DNA from: Sphaeroforma arctica JP610
Lineage: Eukaryota
Reading direction: 5' to 3'
Assembly: GCF_001186125.1 (NCBI RefSeq)
Contig: NW_014040512.1
Coordinates: 116,719 to 163,317 of the forward strand
DNA length: 46,599 nt
Shown here piece after piece: positions 36,379 through 46,599 of the stretch. The notes under the pieces were generated by a model. That model was not told where the DNA came from, did no database searches, and was given only the letters and a program-made list of their open reading frames with translations. The number at the start of each line of letters is the position of its first letter. Position 1 is the first letter of the stretch. A program made the position numbers and the translations under genes.

Positions 36379-37763
36379 TGAGGTGTGAGAACTGCTATTT
36401 TTAAATTTAGGTCCTCCAGTACAAATTATATAATAAATCTGTATTCTGTATGTAGAAACCTTTTATTTTAACTATAAATGTATATTATAAAGGCCAAGTA
36501 CACCCGATATTTATAAAAAACGTGAGTCATAGCTTTATCAGACTATCATTGCTCCTTCGGCAGCGTAGTGTAGCTTGGTGGATATATTACATATTTTAAA
36601 TACAAAAATAGCAGTCTATTCTATGGGTCCAATAGGATACGAAAGTGATCATAATATAGAATTTTAGATCATCAGATTGTTTTTCTTGTTTAAAAAAAAG
36701 ATAATGTCAAAAACTATGAAACACTACTCTCTCTGTAGTAGAGAGTAGAGTAGTACGGCCCAGGCCCACCAAGGGCCAGGGCTCTCTCTACTAGTAGAGG
36801 GGGGCCAGGGGGCAGGGGCCCAGGGCCCAGGGGTCAGGAATTCAGGATAAGAACTCAGGTCTCAGGAGTCAGGAGTCAGGGCTCAGGGCTCAGGAGTTAG
36901 GACTTAGGAAGACCCGAGACAGGCGAGGCTGAAGAGTGATAGGAGTCACAGACTCAGTCACTCTGCACTCAGGGGAAGTCCTAAAAATATTTAAAAAAAA
37001 ATACACCTCGCGGCTGAGAGCCTGTCGGCTCTCTACTATGTACTATGTAGCGACTAGCATGGAGTCACAACTCCAAGTCACAACTCCAACTGTAGTCAAC
37101 AGTCAACAGTCAACACAGCTCGCAACCGGCAACACAACCCACTCGCAAGTCGCAAATCGCCAGTTGCATCTTCGACTATACGTACTTTTGCGTAGACAGT
37201 GAGTCAGTATATGACTCTATGAGTCTGGGAGTCTGCTTTGTAATCCTGTGACTGTGACTCTGTGTTTTATCCTTTTTGTAAAACATACAATCACATACAT
37301 ATTTAGTTATTTACAGATGTCCATTTTGATAAATATAAAATGTAGATTGTACATAACGGCCAAGAAGAAGACTATCTGAATCTCTGACAATGGATGGCCC
37401 TCTAGTGAGAGAGCTTGAGAGAGTAGAGAGCAGAAGCACTATGCTCATTTCTTGTCAGATGATGAGGATAACCGGAGAAAGATTTTCATTTTTCAAACTT
37501 TTAGGCTTTAGGATTGTACAGTGACCAGTCACTGACCACACACAGTAATAGTTGTACTGAAAGTTCGAAGATATTCAACGTACATACATGCGGAGAGAAT
37601 ATGTCAATATGATGATTACGACTTGTTGAACCATGCACAATTTTACTTCCTCGCCAAACTGAAATAAAACATTTATTTGCAATATTGTAACTTTTCGGTT
37701 ACAACTCTAGGGGTAAGGGGCCATCACCACGTTTTCCTCTTGCTCCAAGTACGCCCGAGCGCT

Positions 37764-39309
37764 TTACTCTCGGTAAGAACTGTTGGTGGGGCAGGCAGTC
37801 GGACGCTTGCCGGTGTACAGCTCGCACACAAGTGCAATGAGGTCACTCTGAGCAGCGGCCTGTAGTGAATAAAGTTGGTAACCATGGTAACAGCATGAGT
37901 AATAACATGAATAGCAACAGACCAGCCAGTGAGCTTGTGAGGGCTCGGTGAACGAATCAGGTCGCAGACTGGCAGATATCTAGAATATGCGGACAGCGAT
38001 GTAATGTGCATAGAAGGTGTGGGTCAAGTTTCAAGTTATATATTACATCCCAGAATTTTAGATGCTATCAATTCCGAACCATTCTCACAGAGGATACCAC
38101 ATCTCAAAAATTGAATAAAGATACAAAGTGAACAGTCTAATGCAAAATTCTAGACAAGTATTGCGCATGTTCCCACAAGTCAACAGGACCCACGTGTATA
38201 TAGTTACCTGTAGCTCGTCGGTGTGCTTATCGTTTACTACGATCCATGGTACGTATTTATGCGGTGGCTTCAAGCTCATAGTTTTAACCGCATTCTCGTG
38301 GATGAGTTTTTTACCCTATACGCGGAATGGCGATAGGAACGGCACAGATAAGTATGATCCAAAAGAAAGTTTCAACGACTCGGCGACAACGCTCGCATAC
38401 TTGTCGCCCACTCACGTTAACAGACAGCAAGCCTCGCTATCGGAAAAATGATCCGGAATAAAATGACCAAGCTAATAATAAATATAGAGTTCAACATACC
38501 AAATCCGATGTGACGCAATGGCTGATGGCCACTATCTCCTCATCCGGCAACATAAGTATATTCTCACACTCACTCGCGGCCGATGCTGCATGTAACGTAT
38601 AGTGTGCACTGATTCAGCGTTTTCAAGTACTCGGCCTAAGGCCCAGATCAGAGCGGGTATGAGTGTGCGATGAAGATTATGACCAATACATACAACGCTG
38701 GTTGGTTCGCAATGTGACGGGCAAATGCTCTCCATTTAGTGAAACATCGAGCCCCCTCCGCCTGCTATTCCGAATGAACGAATGTTCCTCTCGAACAATT
38801 TCCCGAACAGCCACCGAAGACACATGGCTACGGGTGACACAGGGCCGTCGCTACAAGACCAATAACTACCGCTACCATTCAGGTACGGGACTCACATACC
38901 GGGGTCTCGGGGGTTATCGATTTCTAGGCAACGGATGTAGGGGAACCACTTCTCAGAATCCTTGAGTACGTGCTTGGCACACGCCATCTGCAGGTTGCCA
39001 CGGCATTCGTTGGGGCCATGCTGGCATTGGTAACTGTAGCAGGGAAACAAGTAAAGTGTAAGCATTGAGCGTACACCACGAGGTAGGTGTGGTTTTCATC
39101 AGCATCGAATGAATACGCCTCTATTGCTGAATAGTTTGACAAATATGTGTAACAAACTCGAGGATATTCCGTTAACGGAGATGGAGAAACATAGAATCCA
39201 GCAAATAAGACAGTGTATGTATTTTACCAGGAAGTAATATAATTCCACAATATTATTGAGTACTGATTATTTGATTATATATATATTTATAGAATTATAT
39301 AATCATATA

Positions 39310-39345
<36 letters not shown>

Positions 39346-41189
39346 GGTGAAGACAGAGGCACTTTCAACTATACAGCTGCATAGTCAAAGCACCAGAAGA
39401 GCGTAAATAAAACATTGTCCTTCGAATGTCCTCAAGCTGATTTTCGGATGAGAAAGAAACTACAGACAGCGTCATAACAATCCATTGTGTATTCCTATTT
39501 AGCTTGATACTCCCCAGAAAATATGTGCTTAAATATTTATTCGCAATGTGATACGTTTAAATTCGAAGCTGATTTCTTATACATCTTTGAAGTACTGTAG
39601 CGATAAGCTGACTATACAAGCAGAGCGTAAGCACATACCCATAGTCATCTGCAGCCGTGGGGTTCGGTATCTCGTGCGCATTTCCATAAGGGATTACATT
39701 GATCTCCATGATATCCCGGATGATAGGATCCTCCCACGCCTTGGTGAGGGCGCCTGGTTCCGAAGATCGGGATTGTGAGAAGTGAAATAGCATTACAGCG
39801 TTTATCGGAGCCATGGTAACACCGCTTCAGTACTGATTTTGGTGAAAAATGCCTCCCGTGTCTATTAAAGCACATGAGGCGAGAAAGCAACACTGTGCAA
39901 GCATTCTACAAAACGATCACACAAGCCGGGACAGTATTGTAGCATACACACCACACATACAATCTGAATTGCAATTATTAGCATATGCACCAGACACAAA
40001 TCTAAGTATTAATCATTTAAAGTTGAAATAGAAAATCATCTCACAGGACACAAATGGAACTAATGCGCTTCACAAAGATTGTCGGCTGATGATTTGATCA
40101 TCCCTCCCACAGTAACAAATACGCATCAAACGCGCGCAGTGGAGTGCCATCGGAGCAAATAGGCACCAGCTAGTCTGAGTGACTGAAGGAAGATCTAGAC
40201 TGATGGTCACGTACGACTGCTAATATTGAAGAAAGTCCACTGTAGTATATGATACATCAATACATCACCAATACGAACTCACACCTTGAAGGAAAGTGCT
40301 GCAGAAGGGACACATGGACTCCATGTACAGCTCCACCTTGACCTTCTTAGGCTCGACATCTATCTCTTGTGCTGCAGACAATACACTCTACATAGCAAGC
40401 CATGATTTCGATATCACGTGCAGTTTGCGTTAATAGGCCTTAAATATTGTGTTCTGTTTAAAATACAAAGCTTGGGTGTATATGGTGAAACTTCTGTTTT
40501 TAGCTGGAGAGCTAGACTGACTATAGGGCTCAATCAAAGTCCAATCTCAACTCCATTCTAAGATACAAGTTCCATTCCAAAACCCATGTCTGCACGGGTG
40601 TCTGTTATATAGAGCTCAGGTTGTTGGTACCAAAGGGCATATGACTACTAGGCAAACTATCTCGATAAAACCTGAGGGAGTTTACTTTCCGTCGTGAGAT
40701 TTACGCACACGTCCGTATTAAGTGCGATCTTGCTGAATGAGATCACTGTAATCGCACGAATTCCAAACTACCTTTACAATATCTATCGAAAACCGACAAT
40801 ATCGCCCAAGGAGAAACTAAAGTACAACGACGACGGACTTGTCATCGACGCATTCACTGCATTGAGCGCTATAAGTCTTGTCATCGAGAATTTATTTTCA
40901 GGCAAGTATAATACACTACAATAGTTGTGGTTATGCGGCTTTGGAACAAAGAGTAACCGGAGAAACTTTGCACTAAAACCGAATAACGACAACTCGAGTG
41001 TATGTAAAGAACAAACCAACTAATAACACAAATTAACTTAGATGCACCTATGAAGTCACCCTCTTGTGCGTACGCACATACCAATAGGTGAGCTCCACGG
41101 GCACGGGCTGTAGACATTCGCGCGGCTGCCTGGACAGTCGCATCGAGCGCCGTCAGGGCAAAGACAACTGCCGAAAGTAAACCTCGCAT
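37764..41189 (-). CDS. IFI30: Gamma-interferon-inducible lysosomal thiol reductase (GILT) family protein; exons 41189-41082, 40387-40285, 39753-39639, 39033-38900, small exon(s) ~38640-38500 (uncertain), 38315-38208, 37859-37764
   Basis: Signal peptide [27 protein letters not shown] (CxxC), IPYGNA, signature [34 protein letters not shown]. Confidence 0.92.
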
Positions 41190-41644
41190 GATGGTGATGA
41201 GCTGATAACCCCCGAATAGTCAGACCTAGGGGAGAATCCGTATGGGACGAGCAAGGATGCGAATCACACAATAATACCTAATATTGATGTCAATAATAAT
41301 AATATTTTAAAAATTAAGTAATATTTGGTTTGTTTTTGATTCTTCTTTTTTGAACAAAAATAAGTTAAAGAAAAACAAAAACAAAAACAATGTTGTATGT
41401 AAATATTTCCCTCAACAGAAGAAGAGACCTCAGGCTCCTGACCTGAGCCGCTCAGGTCAGGAGTCAGAGACTCAGGGCTCAGAGGCAGACCAAAAAAAAA
41501 GAAGCTAAGTTTAAAATAAATAAATAAAAATAGGGTATATTTAGAGGGCTAAATAATAAATATGCTATGATTTTTTGTATTCTGGAAAAAAAAAAAGCTA
41601 TGTGCGATAAACAAAAAAAGAGTGAAAGGAGAAATCTCAAATCT

Positions 41645-42010
41645 TATCGCCACCTCTACTGTAGCGAACGACAAGTCCCACGGCCACCTACATACGCCAC
41701 ACGCCACCCACACAGTCACACCCGCCACAACTTATAAGAGCAAATATCAATGACCCATCACAACAAGAGATCCACCCACACAGTCACACCCGCCACAACT
41801 TATAAGAGCAAATATCAATGACCCATCACAACAAGAGATGTCGTACAACAGTAGGCATGAATGGATCATATCGCCACTTCTGTTGTAACGAACGACAAGT
41901 CCCATGTCCTCCTACGCCACACGCCACCCACACAGTTACACCTGCCACAACTTATACGAGCTAATATCAATGACCCATCACAACAAGAGATGTCGTACAA
42001 CAGTGGGCAT
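41645..42010. repeat. Tandem/partial duplications (CCACCCACACAGTCACACCCGCCACAACTTATA...CACAACAAGAGAT x3)
   Basis: Three related units visible. Confidence 0.85.
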
Positions 42011-42129
42011 GTCATGATGTCGGCGTCTCGCCGAATATATATATAAAGCAGCCGCTCTCTCTTTATCTGTGGCGAAAGAAAGGGCCGCCCATAGGTTAGA
42101 AGCTGTATGGTGGATTTCATACAGGTATA

Positions 42130-42325
42130 TTAACTATCAGACATCTTACAGGTAAAACAATCATCAGATATCATACAAATATATCAATTGTCAGACATCA
42201 CACAAATACAATTGTCAGACATCACACAAATATATCAATTGTCAGACATCACACATATATCAATTATCAGACATCACACAAATATATCAATCGTCAGGTA
42301 TCATACCGGTATATCAATTATCAGC
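42130..42325. repeat. ~24-28-bp minisatellite (ATCAATTGTCAGACATCACACAAATAT)
   Basis: About seven diverged units. Confidence 0.85.
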
Positions 42326-42685
42326 TGGAGTTTCGGGGTTCGGGCTATATTTTTGAGTAAACAAACGTCTGGGGACGCTTCCGCGATGTAACTTGTAGGT
42401 AAAAGTAGATGGTCCAAAAACGTGTTGCATGCTATTGCTAGCTGGAATTAATGAAAGAGGTATGAGTGGACAGCAGGAGAATAGTATATCAGGACAAAGC
42501 ATGTATTGCTACAAGGATAGGTTTACCTTGTACACACAAATACATATAGCCCGCGCGCATGTTCAACTGTGGATAGGCTCAACACTTATGGATATAATGC
42601 TCGTCTGAGTACACACGGACATGTAACCCAAATCTCGTTTATTTAAATTCAGGCTTTTCTATTTATAGTTCTTTATCTATACGCA

Positions 42686-45600
42686 TCATCGCACTTGGAA
42701 CACCCTTGAGAATTGATCGCCCGAGCCAACCACTACGAAGCCATCGCCCTGTATTTTGAACGCAAAGGCAAGTTAGACAATAAACAGTATTATACGAGAG
42801 CGTGAAATAACTGATGTTCATATTATAAGAGATCCGTAGTGGTATCGAGAATGATGATATAGACCATAACACTTTGTATAACTCCATATGGACAAATTTG
42901 ACACTACGAATCGGATATATATAGTTCATGTATTCTAAACGCACCGGACTGTAATCACCATAATGACACTCAACACCTGAGCAAACTACACTATATTCTA
43001 TTTTATCATGACACTAAAAGCGAGACTATGTTATATCGGGACACTATTAGCGAGGCTCACGAATGATTGTGCTGAGGTTATCAACACCTGACCACACTAC
43101 AATATATTATATTACATCATGACACTATTAGCAAGACGACACGAATGAATGCGCTGAGGTTATCAACACCTGAGCACAGTACAATATTTTACATTATATC
43201 ATGACACTCAACACCTCAGCACACTACAATATATTATATTATATCATGACACTATTAGCAAGACGACACGAATGAATGTGCTGATGCTATCAACACCTGA
43301 CCACACTATAATATTTTACATTATATCATGACACTCAACACCTGAGCACACCACAATATATTAAATTATATCATGACACTCAACACCTGAGCACACTACA
43401 TAATACTATACTATATCATGACACTATTAGCAAGACGACACGAATGAATGTGCTGAGGTTATAAACACCTGACCACACTACAATATATTATATTATATCG
43501 TGACACTATTAGCAAGACGACACGAATGAATGTGCTGAGGTTATCAACACCTGAGCACACTACAATGGAATCCATTGGAACACCTCATAGCGAGGTTACA
43601 CCATTAAACAACAACCACACACTTACGGCAGATATGTCGCTGCAGAGGATAGACATGCTCTCTTGGTAATCGGCTACTGGGGTGCCTTGAGGTACTTTGA
43701 AGACATTGATCCAGCTGTCTTTGCCGGTGGTCAGTAACCATGGCGACTGGTGGAGTAATTGTGTGATAGATAGGAGTTGAGTGCTATCATACAATGTAAT
43801 GAACTATGTATAGTAGCAAGGTATAGGTAGAACGGGAACGCGACATCCATCAAATTTCATACAGAGTTAACTTCATTGGAACAATTCGATGTACGTCACA
43901 GTGCAGTATGTACCACCAGTTGGTTGATACAGTCAGATGCAGTATACGTGGATATGAGTAGTACCCCAAAAGGCAGCCATGGCTATAGAGAAACGACCAA
44001 GGAGGCTGCTTTATTAGAGGACCATCATTCATAGCGAGCGAGTAGAGTAGCACAAATCGAAGAGATATGGCAACGCAAAATAATATATATACATATACAA
44101 ATGAAATACACACACATATAGTACACATACAACACACATACAACGTATATAACACAGAAACCACATACATATATAGTGTGTATCCAACAAACCACCTGAA
44201 AATTGACAAGCCAATACTACGTGGCTGTACATACGCGTAGGCAAGTACATACACACACGTGTAGTATCATATACACACGTGTACAATGTGCACAGGATAC
44301 CAAGCTCATGTGGCCAAGGCGCGGACCACCACATCATATCCGTGCTGTCTGTTGGCATCTGCCAACGGTACTCAAACACCCACAACTCACCCTTGAAGCA
44401 AACTTCAGCGACAAGACCGAACCCATGTGTTTGGAGATGGCAAAGTTCTGGTCTGTTTCCTTTCGGCCGGCGCTGAATATTCTGACCTCGTGATTCTCCA
44501 GTCTGTGCGTAGTACAGGTAAGAGCATAAACAGGCGAGCACCCGTCAGTAGGTATGTATGTGGTGTGATAATGGGAATAAGGCAGGCGGGTACATATGAC
44601 TATGTATGGAAACGGACAAGAGGACAGAACTTAAGGAGGACAGAACTTTAGAAAAGGACAGAACTTTAGGACAAGGCCAGAACTTCAGGTCTCTCTTGTG
44701 CAGCTACCCAGCCCAGGGACATATGCCTGACCAAACAACATGACATACCCGGCCGCAAGCCATTTGTCCGGCCCAGCCCCGACCGAAAATACCGAGGACG
44801 GGAACGGGACATTATCGACCTGTTTGTACATGCGCAGGTCCCAAACCCTCACAAAGTGGTCCAGGCCTCCAGTGACGATGGAGTGGCCGTCCTTGAACAC
44901 GTCCACACAGCTGACACCGTCGCGGTGGCCCATGAAGCTGTTCACCAATTGCTGGTTCCGCACATCCCATATATTTATCACACCTGCACAGCCGCAGACG
45001 GAGATGGATAAGGATAAGGATAAGGATAAGGGTAATGATAAAGATAAAGATAAGGGTAAGGACAAGGACAGGGATATGGGTGAGGATAAGGATAGGGGTA
45101 AGGACAAGGACAAGGATAGGGGTAAGGATAAGGATGAGTATAAGAATAAAAATAAAGATAAGGATACATGCACGGAGTATAGCATGCGTGTGTGACGTAT
45201 CTGCTCTCTCGCGTACATCGATTACACGAATCTTGGAATGTGTGCACATAAGAGAATACACACATGGGCGCATGGCGCATACACGGATACCACAGGGAGA
45301 AGCAGATCATAACTGCACCCCGAAATGGTTAGAGAGCTGGTACTGTATAGCCCACACGCATGGAGCCCCACAGTACAAAGAGACGACCACAGCACCACAA
45401 GCTGCTGTATTCACATGCATGTGTATACATGATGAACAATACTATTGATATACAATACTCAACAAGCAATACACTAAAACACAATCACCCTAGAAAGACA
45501 TCCTCCACACTTACTCGACGGTTTATATATATATATAATTGGACACATCCAAGCATATGAAGACGCTTGGTTTATCCGGAGGCTATATCATTGGTGAGGT

Positions 45601-46307
45601 ATGAAAGTGGTGACTTTTGTATGCTTTTAGATACAACGCGTAGGCTGTCGGCGCTATATTATCCCATAAAAAACCAGCAGTAGCGTCGTTGATGTAAATA
45701 TGCACTTGGGAATACCCATACATCCAAGCCAATGTTAGTACAAAAGAATATAAATTAACACGTACAGGTACATATACATATACACGCACATATACACCAA
45801 CACGAACATACACACTATACACTACCAGGTACATACACACAAACATACACAAATACACTACTATGCACATACACATATACACTTAACACGCACATACACA
45901 TATACACCAACACGCACGTACACACACACACCAGCACGCACGTACACGCACATACCATCACTACAACCCGAGATACACAACGGATTGCTACTCTGACCGC
46001 CGCCATGGGCCGTGACCGCCAGTGCATAGCACGCAGGCGCATCGCTCTTCAACAGACCCAACATAGTCGGCTGAGGCGCCGCTATATCCCAAAGCGTTAA
46101 CTCTTGCGCCTCCCCTCCTACTATCAGACTCCCGCCGTCCGGCATCAGCTTACAGGCACGGATGTAGTGGTCGTACATGCAGTCTAAAGCCGCCAGTGGA
46201 GTGTCGTAGGTGTGGGTGTCTAGCGGACCGTCGTAGCCCTGGGGTGGGGATGTGATGTTCCATACCTTGACGCATCCTTTGCCACCTGTGTACACGGTGC
46301 GGTCGTC
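42686..46307 (-). CDS. TLE: Groucho/TLE co-repressor, C-terminal WD40 domain (5' exons not seen, probably beyond the window); exons 46307-45956, 44983-44749, 44502-44391, 43746-43627, 42748-42686
   Basis: TLE-diagnostic motifs VYTGGKGCVKVW, YIRACKLMPDG.SLIVGGEA, SDAPACYALA, SGCSDG.I.IWD, GHRDGVSCVD, TGGLD..VR.WDLR, VLSLKFA, TTGKD, ES.SIL.SDIS, GSGD....VFQV. Introns are in phase. Confidence 0.94.
42960..43565. repeat. Composite minisatellite in the last Groucho intron (alternating ~43-bp and ~80-bp units)
   Basis: ATCATGACACT-[ATTAGCAAGACGACACGAATGAATGTGCTGAGGTTAT]-CAACACCTGAGCACACTACAATAT repeated. Confidence 0.9.
45005..45165. repeat. (GATAAG)n-type hexamer microsatellite in a Groucho intron
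   Basis: Directly visible in the sequence. Confidence 0.93.
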
Positions 46308-46416
46308 CTGACTCAGCGGAGAGGAGAGGAGAGAGGGGAGTGCAGGTGGATAGAGGTGTTCGTAGATTAGAGTACGTGGGGTTACCAACGGTGGAAGATG
46401 CCGACAGCTCGAGGCC

Positions 46417-46599
46417 GATGTATATTTATGAGTGTGGGTGTGATGGTGGTAGATAGATATGGGGTGGGATGTATATTTATGAGTGTGTGTGTGTTGGTGG
46501 TAGATAGATATGGGGTGGGATGTATATTTATGTGTGGTGTGTTGGTGGTAGATAGATATGGGGTGGGATGTATATTTATGAGTGTGTGTGTGTTGGTGG
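46417..46599. repeat. ~50-bp tandem repeat (GATGTATATTTATGAGTGTG...GGTGGTAGATAGATATGGGGTGG) in a Groucho intron
   Basis: About four units running to the window end. Confidence 0.9.

Noticed and set aside
42960..43565. Repeat-spacer-like array
   Set aside because: The apparent spacers are copies of one another, and the array lies inside a spliceosomal intron.
44740..45448. DK-, YP-, LS- and IR-repeat ORFs
   Set aside because: Artefacts of the GATAAG repeat; only 44983-44749 (minus) is a Groucho exon.

Overview
Eukaryotic, intron-rich genomic DNA in two parts. The gene content (a Groucho/TLE co-repressor, an SH2 adaptor, GILT, a bacterial-type cytochrome b561) suggests a unicellular holozoan such as an ichthyosporean; this is inference. 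The left half (1 to ~23.5 kb) is a nest of decayed mobile elements. It holds a Ty3/Gypsy LTR retrotransposon whose pol has an N6-adenine methyltransferase-like domain between RNase H and a probable integrase, inserted into the RT catalytic motif of an Ngaro/DIRS-type retroelement. It also holds two copies of an APE-type LINE, two copies of a solo LTR, and an atypical tRNA-Ile(AAT). The most notable feature is a 649-bp insert flanked by a 5-bp AAATC duplication. It splits one LINE endonuclease and encodes the N-terminal part of an iridovirus/marseillevirus-like (Pimascovirales, NCLDV) major capsid protein, i.e. an endogenous giant-virus fossil. The right half (24-46.6 kb) has five spliced host genes: cytochrome b561 with a putative mitochondrial presequence, BTF3/NAC-beta, a C1-C1-SH2 protein, GILT/IFI30, and the WD40 part of Groucho/TLE, plus micro- and minisatellites. 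All family assignments come from motifs read by eye; no database search was run.
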